Shown: positions 1-9,502 of the stretch, in pieces
Numbering within the stretch: the first letter of the stretch is position 1
How the letters are laid out: the number at the start of each line of letters is the position of its first letter
NCBI GenBank assembly: GCA_037076615.1
Contig: AP029158.1
Span: 636,299-700,298 of the forward strand
Source: Candidatus Parcubacteria bacterium
GTDB taxonomy: Bacteria; Patescibacteriota; Patescibacteriia; Patescibacteriales; UBA12465
DNA: 64,000 nucleotides
Direction: 5' to 3'
The notes under the pieces: model-generated
Told to the model about the DNA's origin: nothing
The model's database searches: none
Seen by the model: the letters and a program-made list of their open reading frames with translations, nothing else
Translations under genes and position numbers: made by a program

Positions 1-186
1 TATTCCCGAGAAAACAATTTGTTCATGCTTTAACTCAAAGGGCATATATTTTTTATTTCTTACTTTTATCTTACGCTAAAGGTAATTTTTAAGCAATAAA
101 AAAGCCCGCTCACGCAGGCTACTGACAAGCATTGTAACGCACCCCTAATAATTAGTCAAGTTTTTTTCAAGATTTTTTTGCTTTTT

Positions 187-215
187 TTGACAAAAATAAA
201 AAAGGGCTTTAATAT
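187..215 (+). promoter_or_regulatory. sigma70-like promoter upstream of the tRNA-Pro/Ala/Pro cluster
   Basis: TTGACA (187-192), 17-nt spacer, TAATAT (210-215), about 27 nt before the first tRNA. Confidence 0.45.
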
Positions 216-241
216 TATTAAGCTAAATTAAGGCAGAAATC

Positions 242-312
242 CGGGCTGTAGTATAATGGTAGTACGCGTGCATGGGGTGCATGTAATCCCGGTTCAATTC
301 CGGGCAGCCCGA
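242..312 (+). tRNA. tRNA-Pro (anticodon GGG)
   Basis: Hand-folded cloverleaf: acceptor CGGGCTG/CAGCCCG, anticodon stem CGTGC/GCATG, loop ATGGGGT, T-loop TTCAATT; CCA not encoded. Confidence 0.85.
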
Positions 313-344
313 CAATAAAAAATCGGCTGCTATTTTAAGACATC

Positions 345-417
345 GGGCTTGTAGCTCATCTGGTAGAGCGCAGCATTCGCATTGCTGAGGTAAGGGGTTC
401 GAGTCCCCTCAAGTCCA
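345..417 (+). tRNA. tRNA-Ala (anticodon CGC)
   Basis: Acceptor GGGCTTG/CAAGTCC with G3:U70 Ala identity pair; anticodon stem CAGCA/TGCTG, loop TTCGCAT; T-loop TTCGAGT. Confidence 0.9.
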
Positions 418-428
418 CGGTTACGTTT

Positions 429-499
429 CGGGCTGTGGTATAGTGGTATTACGCGCGATTCGGGTTCGCGTAACCCCGGTTCAATTCCGGGCAGCCCGA
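429..499 (+). tRNA. tRNA-Pro (anticodon CGG)
   Basis: Same acceptor and T arm as the tRNA at 242-312; anticodon stem CGCGA/TCGCG, loop TTCGGGT. Confidence 0.85.
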
Positions 500-680
500 C
501 CGATAAACCCGGTTCTCTGTTAATTGGCGGACCCGGGCCGCCCAACCAATTTAATTTTCCTCTAAAACGCTAATCATTGGCGTTTTTTAGTTATTTTTGC
601 TTATTGCCAAAAGGAGTGGATAATTATACAATAACTAAGACCTAATTTATAAAACCGCGTTTAGATTAGCGGTTTGTTTT

Positions 681-2183
681 ATGAGTGCTGATCATTTTAT
701 GATTAATTTTAACGATAACTGGGAAGAAACAGGAGAACTTTCAGAGGCAAAAGTGGCCACCCCCAAAAAAAAGCAGCGCCGTCTAATAAAAATTACCTGG
801 CTAATTATTATTCTAGCTGTAATTTTTACCGGCAAAATGATTATTTCCGGATCGGGAGACGATTCTTGGTTTAGTCGTAATATCATTAATAAGTTGTCAC
901 ACATCGTTCCCGTCGAGGATAAAAAATTAATCGGCGAAGAATACGACCGTATCAATATTTTGTTGATTGGCATTGGCGGCAAAAATCATGATGGCGGCTA
1001 TTTGGCTGACACGATTATGTTAGCCAGCTTTAAGCCTTCCACCAAGCAAGTGGCCCTACTCTCTATACCTCGCGATTTATCAGTGCGCAATCCTATTGCT
1101 GAGTCTTCTTCTAAAATTAATGCTGTTCATGCCTACGCTGAGAGCAAAGAACCTGGCAGCGGCGGGCCGGCAATGACCGCCCTATTATCAGAATTACTTG
1201 ACACGCCTATACATTATTATATTCGGGTTGATTTTGAAGGTTTTATCAATATTATTGACGACATTGGCGGAATCACGGTAAACGTTGAAAGGGTTTTAGA
1301 CGATTATGCCTACCCAATTATGGGCCAAGAAGATAACCCCGATTATTATTCCCGCTTTGAACACTTACGTGTCGACACCGGCCCCCAAAAAATGAACGGT
1401 TCCCTGGCCTTAAAGTTTGCTCGCAGTCGCTATGGCGTCGGTGGCGAAGGTAATGATTTTGCCCGGGCTCGGAGACAGCAACTAATCTTAGAGGCCACTA
1501 AAGAACGACTGCTCTCAGCAAATGTCCTTCTAAGCCCCGGCCGCTTAATTGATATTTCCAATGAGCTTTCTGAGCACTTGGCCACCAACTTAACTATTTC
1601 CGAAGGCTTATCTTTATGGAAAGATTTCAAAGATATTAATACCGACAGTATTGTCAATAAAGTCTTAGATAATAGCCGCGAAGGTTTACTAATGGACCAA
1701 ATCGGCTATAATGGCGCTTACCTATTAGTTCCCCGGGCTGGTAATTTTTCTGAAGTTCAGACCTTGGTGGCCGAAGTTTTTGGACCCGCCCCCGAAGAAA
1801 TAAGTAGCACGACAACGACCATTATTACTACTCCAGCCAGTCAAATTGAACCTTTAAACGAAGCCGTTCGCTTAACCGTTTTAAACGGCAGTTGGGTTAG
1901 TGGCTTAGCTGGTAAAACGGCCACTATTTTAAATACGTACGGTTTCGCCGCGACCGCTGCAAATGCGAGTAATCGAGAGATTAGAGAAAGTAAAATCTAT
2001 GATCTTTCTTACGGGCAAGAGGACACAGCCTTAAAATTACTGGAGACGATTACTCCCGCCACCCTTTCTTATGACGCGCCCGAATGGTTAGAGGATTTTA
2101 AAGAAACTGGCAGTGATGCGCGCTTAATTTTAATTTTAGGAACCGATGCTTCTGATTGGCAACTAGAAACTTATAAAAAATAG
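681..2183 (+). CDS. LytR-CpsA-Psr (LCP) family cell-envelope phosphotransferase with C-terminal LytR_C-like domain
   Basis: N-terminal TM anchor; LCP core INILLIGIGGKNHDGGYLADTIMLASF...LSIPRDL; C-terminal VRLTVLNGSWVSGLAGK segment. Confidence 0.85.
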   Translation: MSADHFMINFNDNWEETGELSEAKVATPKKKQRRLIKITWLIIILAVIFTGKMIISGSGDDSWFSRNIINKLSHIVPVEDKKLIGEEYDRINILLIGIGGKNHDGGYLADTIMLASFKPSTKQVALLSIPRDLSVRNPIAESSSKINAVHAYAESKEPGSGGPAMTALLSELLDTPIHYYIRVDFEGFINIIDDIGGITVNVERVLDDYAYPIMGQEDNPDYYSRFEHLRVDTGPQKMNGSLALKFARSRYGVGGEGNDFARARRQQLILEATKERLLSANVLLSPGRLIDISNELSEHLATNLTISEGLSLWKDFKDINTDSIVNKVLDNSREGLLMDQIGYNGAYLLVPRAGNFSEVQTLVAEVFGPAPEEISSTTTTIITTPASQIEPLNEAVRLTVLNGSWVSGLAGKTATILNTYGFAATAANASNREIRESKIYDLSYGQEDTALKLLETITPATLSYDAPEWLEDFKETGSDARLILILGTDASDWQLETYKK

Positions 2184-2185
2184 TT

Positions 2186-3583
2186 ATGTCTGAACGATTT
2201 ACACAATTACCCCTCGTCACTCTCTTCGGCCGAACTAACGTGGGCAAGTCAACCATCTTTAACCGCTTAACGGAAAAATCGCAAGCGCTGATTTCTGATA
2301 TTTCTGGAACGACCCGAGACAGTAATTTGGGAGTGGTGGCTTGGGATAATTGCGAATTTGAACTAGCCGATACAGCTGGATTTTACGACTTTAATCATTT
2401 AGAAAAAAAACCAAAAAAGAAAGACGAGAAATTAAGCGCGAATGATTTGGCTCAACGACAAGCCGCTCGACTCTTAAGTGAAGCCCAGTTAATTCTATTC
2501 ATTGTTGATAATCGCGACGGCCTCACGGCCGATGACAGACGTCTGGCCAAAGCTTTAAAAAGCCGCCCCGAACTAATTGCTAAAACAATGGTCGTCGTTA
2601 ATAAAGTAGATAGCTTTAAATACGCGAGCGAAGCGGCGGTCTTTACTAAATTAGGCCTGGGGGCACCGCAGTTAATTTCTGCTTCCAGCGGTTCTGGAAC
2701 TGGAGACTTATTAAGTAAAATCTTAACACGCCTTTCGTGGACGGATAATTTAACCACTTTAGAAAATAGACCTGAAGAAATCCGCGTTACTTTTATTGGT
2801 AAACCAAATGTCGGTAAATCTTCTCTAGTCAACGCCTTGCTGGGTTACGATCGCTCACTAGTGAGCGACGAACCGCACACGACCCGTGAGCCTCAAGATG
2901 CTTTCTTAACTTGGCGAGAAAAAAATATTAGATTAGTTGATACCGCAGGCTTAACCAAAGAGGGGCATAAGCGCGCCGGTTTAGAAAAGGCTAGCGGCGA
3001 ACGCGCCTTGTCGGCTTTACATAAATCAGATTTAGTTTTATTTGTCTTAGATGTTTCTGAGCCGCTAACAAAACAAGATGCTCGCCTGGTTGGCGAAATA
3101 ATTGCCCAAAGGAAAAGCTTAGTTTTGCTAGCAAATAAGTGGGACAAAATTAAACCTAAAGATGTTAAGGGTTGGACGCAAAAAATTTATAACCATTTCC
3201 CTTTTGCTGCTTGGGCGCCAATCAAATTTGTCTCGGCAAAAAGCGGTTTAAAAGTTCCGGAGCTTCTTGACCTAATTCTGGAGATAGCCGCGGCGCGGGA
3301 ATTAAAAGTTTCCGATTCTCAATTACAAAAACTATTGGCAAAAATTGTTAAAATCCATTTGCCCGCCAAAGGTAAAGGTTTGAAAGCCCCGCGGATTTAT
3401 GAATTTACTCAAACTCAAACTAATCCGCCAACCTTTAAGATTAGAATCGGCTCTAAAGATAATCTTCATTTTTCCTACGTCCGCTTTATGGAGAATCGGT
3501 TACGAGAAAAATATAATTTTATTGGAACACCAATAAAAATGGAGGTTGTGAATAACAAGCGCGTTCACAGTCTTAACTCTTAA
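2186..3583 (+). CDS. der: ribosome-biogenesis GTPase Der/EngA (two tandem GTPase domains plus KH-like C-terminus)
   Basis: Two G1 motifs GRTNVGKST and GKPNVGKSS; DTAG twice; NKVD and NKWD G4 motifs. Confidence 0.93.
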   Translation: MSERFTQLPLVTLFGRTNVGKSTIFNRLTEKSQALISDISGTTRDSNLGVVAWDNCEFELADTAGFYDFNHLEKKPKKKDEKLSANDLAQRQAARLLSEAQLILFIVDNRDGLTADDRRLAKALKSRPELIAKTMVVVNKVDSFKYASEAAVFTKLGLGAPQLISASSGSGTGDLLSKILTRLSWTDNLTTLENRPEEIRVTFIGKPNVGKSSLVNALLGYDRSLVSDEPHTTREPQDAFLTWREKNIRLVDTAGLTKEGHKRAGLEKASGERALSALHKSDLVLFVLDVSEPLTKQDARLVGEIIAQRKSLVLLANKWDKIKPKDVKGWTQKIYNHFPFAAWAPIKFVSAKSGLKVPELLDLILEIAAARELKVSDSQLQKLLAKIVKIHLPAKGKGLKAPRIYEFTQTQTNPPTFKIRIGSKDNLHFSYVRFMENRLREKYNFIGTPIKMEVVNNKRVHSLNS

Positions 3584-3681
3584 AAGCCCCAGAAACCGCT
3601 GGGTTTTTTAAATATTTTTCTTTACTTTTTATTAAAGTTTTATTAGGGGAAAATTAAAGTCACTTAGTCTATAATAATTAT

Positions 3682-4224
3682 ATGAAAATCGTTATTGGTT
3701 TAGGCAACCCCGGAAAAGAATATGCCGCTAATCGCCACAACGTTGGTTGGATGGCGCTTGACCGTTTACTGGGGCCGGTAAAATGGGAGGACAATAAACG
3801 CCTGCGCTGCCAGATCTATCGACAAGGCGATTACTTGTATGCTAAGCCGCAAACCTTTATGAATAATTCCGGGGAAGCAGTCAGAAAAATTCTTAGCTAT
3901 TACCAGCTGCTACCTAAAACTTTAGGGATTTTTAAAAAGACGGCCGCTGATTTAAGTGAAGTGCTGCTAGTAATTCATGATGATATTGATCAGAGTTTAG
4001 GACGCTACCGATTGACTAATGATTCTGGTAGTGGTGGCCATAACGGAATCAAATCAATTATTAATCATTTAAAAACCCAAAAATTTAAACGATTAAAAAT
4101 TGGTGTGGCGAATGAGAAATTGCGCCACCAGATTCCCGCCGAACGATTTGTCTTAACTAATTTTTCCACGGCGGAAAAAGAGATTCTAAATGAAACTATC
4201 GATCGCGCTCTTAAGGAAATGTAG
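3682..4224 (+). CDS. pth: peptidyl-tRNA hydrolase
   Basis: MKIVIGLGNPGKEYAANRHNVGW N-terminus, FMNNSGEAV, GGHNGIKS motifs. Confidence 0.93.
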   Translation: MKIVIGLGNPGKEYAANRHNVGWMALDRLLGPVKWEDNKRLRCQIYRQGDYLYAKPQTFMNNSGEAVRKILSYYQLLPKTLGIFKKTAADLSEVLLVIHDDIDQSLGRYRLTNDSGSGGHNGIKSIINHLKTQKFKRLKIGVANEKLRHQIPAERFVLTNFSTAEKEILNETIDRALKEM

Positions 4225-4311
4225 TCCTGGCCGTTAAAGTGATGTCGCCAGAAAGGAGTTAGCTGAGGAGGGGCAGCTTGTTTCTTTGTTGACGGCATCT
4301 CTTGAGCGGCC

Positions 4312-4342
4312 AAAAAATCCCTGATCTTTTCAGGGATTTTTT
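4312..4342 (+). terminator. rho-independent terminator after pth
   Basis: Hairpin AAAATCCCTGA/TCAGGGATTTT followed by a T-run. Confidence 0.7.
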
Positions 4343-4424
4343 AAAATATTATTTTTTAAAAGTTGACAGCTTTAACTCAGATAGTACACTAACTAGCAGA
4401 TAAGTTTTTGATTTTTTTAATTTT

Positions 4425-6617
4425 ATGAATTTAATAATTGTTGAGTCGCCAACTAAAGCTAAGACTATTGCTAAGTTTTTAGGCAAAGATTACCAAGTCA
4501 CTTCTTCTTTTGGTCATGTTCGTGATTTGCCAAAAAGCACCATGGGCATTGAAATTGAAAATGGCTTTACTCCTAAATATGTAATCCCGACCAGCGCCCG
4601 CAAAAAGGTAAGTGACTTAAAGAAGCAGGCCGGGCAGGCAAAAAAAGTTATTCTCGCCTCCGATGAAGACCGCGAAGGTGAAGCGATCGCCTGGCATCTA
4701 AGTGAAGTTTTAAATTTAACTCCAGAAAATAGCGAACGCATTGCCTTTCACGAAATCACAAAAGAGGCAATTTTAGAGGCGCTTAAAAATCCGCGCGGCT
4801 TAGATATGAATCTGGTTGATGCGCAACAAGCGCGCCGCTTATTAGATCGCTTGGTTGGCTATGAACTGTCGCCCTTCCTTTGGAAAAAAGTTGCTAAGGG
4901 TTTATCGGCCGGGCGTGTTCAAAGTGTGGCCACGCGCTTAGTGGTTGAAAAGGAACGCGAGATTAAAAAATTTGTTGCCCAAGAATACTGGAGTTTAAGT
5001 GCTCTTTTAAAAACTGACCAAGAGGAAGATTTACGAGCAGAACTGGTTGGGGTTAAAGGAAAAACCTTAAAGCCCATGGAGTTAGATAAAGATTTAGCCG
5101 CGCAATACAAAGACACTTTGACGAAAGAAAAATATCAGGTAAAAGCCGTTAGCGCTAAGCGGGTCAAAAAAAATCCACCGGCACCGCTAACTACTTCTAC
5201 TTTACAACAAGCGGCTAATCGTCAACTAGGGTTTTCGGCCAAACAAACAATGACAATTGCTCAGAAACTTTATGAGCGCGGATTTATTACTTACATGCGT
5301 ACCGATTCGCTGAACTTGTCCGCTAAATTTCTAGAGGAGAGTCGCGCTTGGCTGGAAAAAACTTTAGGGAAATCTTACCTCCCCGAACAGCCGCGAGTCT
5401 TCAAAAAAAAGAATAAAAATGCTCAAGAGGCCCACGAAGCAATTAGGCCAACCGAGGCCAGCCGGCACCCCGACGAAGCTAAGGGCTTAGAAGGAAGCGA
5501 GCAACGTCTTTATCGTTTAATTTGGTCACGTTCCCTAGCCACACAGATGACCGCCGCCGAATTAGAAACGACCACTATTGATATTAGCGCTGGTGATTTT
5601 GACTTACGTAGCAATGGCCAAGTTTTAATTTTTAAAGGGTATCTAGAAATTTATCCCGAAAAAACCAGCGAACAAGTGTTACCCGTTGTTAAAGACGGCG
5701 CCGCCTTAAAATTAATTGCACTTCAAACCGAACAACACTTTACCAAAGCCCCGGCGCGCTATTCTGACGCCACTTTAGTTAAAGAGTTGGAGCGCCACGG
5801 CATCGGTCGCCCCTCCACTTACGCCCCAACAATCAATACCATTATTACGCGCGGTTATGTCAGCCGTGATGATAATAAACGACTGGGACCTAGCGAAATA
5901 GCCTTTATTGTTAATGATTTATTAGTTGAACACTTTCCAGAAATCGTGGATTATCAATTTACCGCTAACATGGAAAATGAATTGGACGAAGTCGCCGCCG
6001 GGAAAATTAATTGGCAGCCAGTAATTAACAACTTTTACGAAAAATTCCACGACAACTTAGAAAAAAAATATCAAGAAATAAATAAAAACGAAATTATGCC
6101 TGAAGAAAGCAGTGAGGAGGTGTGCGAAAAATGCGGCCAACCGATGATTATAAAAACAGGACGCTATGGTAAATTTTTAGCTTGTAGCGGTTTTCCGGAT
6201 TGTAAAAATATCAGATCTTTAGAAGCAGGAAAGAAAAGTGCCGACCCCAAAATCAGCGCCCTCGCCGAAAAACATAAAGATGAAAAATGCTCTAAGTGCG
6301 GCAGCCCGATGGCTGTTAAAACTGGACGTTACGGTCCTTTTTTAGCTTGTACATCTTATCCGAAATGTAAAAACATAAAAAATATTACTGACGATTCGGT
6401 GCCAGAAATAACTTGTCCAGTCTGCGGAACGGGAAAAATTGTCAAAAAGTTCAGTAAGCGCGGCGCCTTTTATGCTTGTGATAATTACCCCGATTGTAAA
6501 ACTGCTTATTACGGTCAACCGACGGGAGAAAAATGTCCGGACTGTCATAATTTGTTAATCAAAGACCGGCAAGGCAAAATTGTTTGCAGTCAAAAAAGTT
6601 GCGGTTTTGAAAAATAA
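4425..6617 (+). CDS. topA: DNA topoisomerase I with multiple C-terminal Cys4 zinc ribbons
   Basis: TOPRIM N-terminus MNLIIVESPTKAKTI...DEDREGEAIAWH, active-site region ITYMRTDS, four CxxC...CxxC modules at the C-terminus. Confidence 0.95.
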   Translation: MNLIIVESPTKAKTIAKFLGKDYQVTSSFGHVRDLPKSTMGIEIENGFTPKYVIPTSARKKVSDLKKQAGQAKKVILASDEDREGEAIAWHLSEVLNLTPENSERIAFHEITKEAILEALKNPRGLDMNLVDAQQARRLLDRLVGYELSPFLWKKVAKGLSAGRVQSVATRLVVEKEREIKKFVAQEYWSLSALLKTDQEEDLRAELVGVKGKTLKPMELDKDLAAQYKDTLTKEKYQVKAVSAKRVKKNPPAPLTTSTLQQAANRQLGFSAKQTMTIAQKLYERGFITYMRTDSLNLSAKFLEESRAWLEKTLGKSYLPEQPRVFKKKNKNAQEAHEAIRPTEASRHPDEAKGLEGSEQRLYRLIWSRSLATQMTAAELETTTIDISAGDFDLRSNGQVLIFKGYLEIYPEKTSEQVLPVVKDGAALKLIALQTEQHFTKAPARYSDATLVKELERHGIGRPSTYAPTINTIITRGYVSRDDNKRLGPSEIAFIVNDLLVEHFPEIVDYQFTANMENELDEVAAGKINWQPVINNFYEKFHDNLEKKYQEINKNEIMPEESSEEVCEKCGQPMIIKTGRYGKFLACSGFPDCKNIRSLEAGKKSADPKISALAEKHKDEKCSKCGSPMAVKTGRYGPFLACTSYPKCKNIKNITDDSVPEITCPVCGTGKIVKKFSKRGAFYACDNYPDCKTAYYGQPTGEKCPDCHNLLIKDRQGKIVCSQKSCGFEK

Positions 6618-6630
6618 TTTCTTAATTAAC

Positions 6631-6663
6631 AAAAGCCTCTCCCTAGGGAGAGGCTTTTTTTAT
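6631..6663. terminator. bidirectional terminator between convergent topA and the 6679-7047 gene
   Basis: Perfect hairpin AGCCTCTCCC-TA-GGGAGAGGCT flanked by an A-run and a T-run. Confidence 0.75.
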
Positions 6664-6678
6664 TACCAGTTTTTTTAA

Positions 6679-7047
6679 TTATTTTTTAGCTGTTTTCTTT
6701 TTGGTAGCCGATTTTTTAGCCGCACTTTTTGGGGTAGTGGATTTTTTAGCACTTGCTTTTTCCTCTTTCGCTGTCCGTCTAAAAGGACGATCCTTTAAAA
6801 AGCCGAGGACTTGGGCGGCGACCAGATTAAAGAATTTTAAATAAAGTCCACTGTCACTAAGCGTTTTTTTGACGGTCGCGGCAATCCCTTCCGCACCGTT
6901 TACAATCCGCTCCGCGCGATCGATAACTCTCTTAGCTTTAATCGTGGCAGAGATAACATAGTATAAAGCCCAGCAAAGGAAAAACGTTAGGACGATGACA
7001 CAAAAAGCGGTTACTAAATTTAAAAGATCACCGGAAGTTTCAAACAT
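6679..7047 (-). CDS. small membrane-anchored protein with Lys/Ala/Ser-rich C-terminal tail
   Basis: One hydrophobic helix (LVTAFCVIVLTFFLCWALYYVI); tail AKEEKASAKKSTTPKSAAKKSATKKKTAKK; last gene of the valS-pheST minus-strand run. Confidence 0.6.
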   Translation of the reverse strand: MFETSGDLLNLVTAFCVIVLTFFLCWALYYVISATIKAKRVIDRAERIVNGAEGIAATVKKTLSDSGLYLKFFNLVAAQVLGFLKDRPFRRTAKEEKASAKKSTTPKSAAKKSATKKKTAKK

Positions 7048-7057
7048 ATTTTTAAAA

Positions 7058-9487
7058 TTAAAAATTTCTTATTTGCGCGTCAAACTTTTCTTCTAAATGT
7101 TTGACCAACTCTTTTTGAATGGCCTCAACCTCCTCAGAACGAAGTGTGCGATCGGGGGCTTGATATTTAAGGTGAAAAGCCAAACTCTTTTTACCTTCAC
7201 CTAATTGACCACCCTGATAAGTGTCAAACAAATCAACCGCGACTAGTAAAGAATTAAACTTTTTTATTTCTTGTCTGAGATTATTATACACCATTTCACT
7301 ATTAACAACAAAAGCTAAATCGCGTTCTACCGCCGGGTATTTAGCCGGTGCTTGATATTTAAGAGCCGGACAAACAGCCAAGAGAGCTTCGAGTTCCACT
7401 AAACTCAGCTCCGCTACCGTCGTCTTCATTTTTAAACCAAGCTCTTTAGCGGTCGCAGCCGAAATGGTCGTAATCGCTCCTAGGTCACGATCATTCACCC
7501 GCAACCGGACCGTTTCATTGGGGTCACTGTAATGATAGGCGGTAGAATCTTCCGGAGAAACAAATTCTAAATCCCAAGTTTTCCCAAATAAATAGGTAAG
7601 GAGGGCGGCAACCCAACCTTTAACAACCGCAAAATTATCCGCATTTTCTTTAGTGGCGAAAAGCAGGCCTAGGCGTTTCTGTTGGTAAGGTAAGCGCTCC
7701 TGATCATCGCCGGCCTTATCAAAAATTCCCGGAGTATCAAAATAAACGCGGCCGATTTCAAATAGCGCGAGGCGAGAAAAATTAAATTGATTAGTGCGCA
7801 CATTATTTAAAAGATTAACCCCTAAATTCTGCCGCAAATAATCATATTGATCCGACAAGGGGTTAGCAATTTTTAAATAAGTGCCTTCCTCTAAACCAAG
7901 TTTTTGTAAATGATGATGGCTAACAAAACTGTAATTTTGAGTCTCGGTTAAATTTAAGGAGCCCGACAAAAAGTCTTCCAATTTTCTCTCAAGAGCTAAA
8001 TCGGCTAAGCGCAAAGGCGGAATTAAAGCGGCTCTTGGTGCTGTCGACGGCAAATTATCATACCCCCAGAAGCGCAAAATTTCTTCCAAGACATCTTCCT
8101 TTAAACGAACATCTTTAGCCGCGCGCCAACTAGGAATCACTATCAATAACTCGCCATCATTATTAGTCACTCCAAAACCTAAGCGTTCTAAAATAGAAAT
8201 GACTTTAGTTTCCGGAATTTCTTGACCGGCGCGCTCATTAATCCAGTTTAAACTCAGGGTTAGGGGGTCGCCTTCTAAATTAAATTTTTTATGATCAAAA
8301 ATTTTGCTAGCAACTTTAGCGCCAGGGGTAACTTCTTTCAGTAAAGCCCAAAAGCGGCGCAAAGCGGTTTCCGCTAAATTCGGATCTAAAGATTTTTCAA
8401 AACGCACCGACGCCTCCGTTCGCAAGCCTAACTTAGACGCTGTTTTGCGAATCGAGACTGCTTCAAAATTAGCGGCTTCCAAAATAATTTGATTAGTATT
8501 AAGAGAAACACCACTGTCTTTGCCGCCCATAACGCCAGCCACCGCGACCGGTTTTTCACCGTCAGTAATTACCAGCATCTCTTCGGTTAATTCTTTTTCT
8601 TGGCCATCTAAAAGAGTAAGCTGTTCATCCTTTTTCGCCAGTCGAACACCAATCTTCTTCACTAAGTCGCGATCAAAAGCATGTAAGGGCTGACCAGTTT
8701 CTAACATGACATAGTTAGTCAAATCAACAATATTATTAATTGGTCGTAAACCAACCGCTTGTAACCGACTTTTAAGCCACTGCGGTGATTCGGTAATTTC
8801 TAAACCCTCAATCGCTAAGGCTAAATAACGAGGACAAAGACGACCATCTTCAACTTTAACACTCAACTCCTCCTCACCCGCAATGATTTCTGTTTTTAAA
8901 AACTCGGCGTAATCTTTGACGGGCGCCTCATAGATTACTCCCAATTCTCGCGCCAAGCCATAGTGGCCCCAAAGGTCCGAGCGATTAGATAAGGACTTAT
9001 TATCAATTTCTAAAACAACATCACTCAATTTAAAATATTTAGCGAGCGGCTCACCAATCTTGGCCGTTTTATCCAAAACCATAATGCCTTCATGGTTATC
9101 GCCTAAACCCAACTCGTCTTCGGCACAAATCATTCCGGCGGAAGTAACACCTCGCAACACTGACTCTTTTATTTCTAGGCCATTAGGCAAAACCGAACCG
9201 ATCATCGCCACTGCTACTAATTGTCCGGCCGCGACATTCGGGGCGCCACAAACAATGTTTAAAACAGCAGACTTAACATCAACGGTTGTTACTCGCAAGC
9301 GATCGGCATTTGGGTGTGGTTCTACGGTTAGAACTTTTCCGACCACCACCCCCGGCCACTGCGAATCTTGTCTTTTAACGCCCTCTACTTCCACAGTGTG
9401 CATCGTGAACTTGGCGGCCACCTCTTCCGGTGTCGCCGTTTTAGGCAGTTTAATAAAATCGTTTAACCAGTCGTAAGAAATTAACAT
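7058..9487 (-). CDS. pheT: phenylalanine--tRNA ligase beta subunit
   Basis: 809 aa; N-terminal tRNA-binding OB (MLISYDWLNDF...HPNADRL), B3/4 and B5 regions, C-terminal FDX-ACB-like domain; directly downstream of pheS. Confidence 0.93.
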   Translation of the reverse strand: MLISYDWLNDFIKLPKTATPEEVAAKFTMHTVEVEGVKRQDSQWPGVVVGKVLTVEPHPNADRLRVTTVDVKSAVLNIVCGAPNVAAGQLVAVAMIGSVLPNGLEIKESVLRGVTSAGMICAEDELGLGDNHEGIMVLDKTAKIGEPLAKYFKLSDVVLEIDNKSLSNRSDLWGHYGLARELGVIYEAPVKDYAEFLKTEIIAGEEELSVKVEDGRLCPRYLALAIEGLEITESPQWLKSRLQAVGLRPINNIVDLTNYVMLETGQPLHAFDRDLVKKIGVRLAKKDEQLTLLDGQEKELTEEMLVITDGEKPVAVAGVMGGKDSGVSLNTNQIILEAANFEAVSIRKTASKLGLRTEASVRFEKSLDPNLAETALRRFWALLKEVTPGAKVASKIFDHKKFNLEGDPLTLSLNWINERAGQEIPETKVISILERLGFGVTNNDGELLIVIPSWRAAKDVRLKEDVLEEILRFWGYDNLPSTAPRAALIPPLRLADLALERKLEDFLSGSLNLTETQNYSFVSHHHLQKLGLEEGTYLKIANPLSDQYDYLRQNLGVNLLNNVRTNQFNFSRLALFEIGRVYFDTPGIFDKAGDDQERLPYQQKRLGLLFATKENADNFAVVKGWVAALLTYLFGKTWDLEFVSPEDSTAYHYSDPNETVRLRVNDRDLGAITTISAATAKELGLKMKTTVAELSLVELEALLAVCPALKYQAPAKYPAVERDLAFVVNSEMVYNNLRQEIKKFNSLLVAVDLFDTYQGGQLGEGKKSLAFHLKYQAPDRTLRSEEVEAIQKELVKHLEEKFDAQIRNF

Positions 9488-9502
9488 ATAATAAAATGCT
9501 CT

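Noticed and set aside
1-45. Possible start of a minus-strand gene leaving the window (MPFELKHEQIVFSGI...)
   Set aside because: Only 15 codons are visible, so it cannot be supported or named.
330-545. 71-aa minus-strand ORF in the ORF track
   Set aside because: It lies entirely across tRNA-Ala and tRNA-Pro; the open frame is a by-product of the tRNA sequences.
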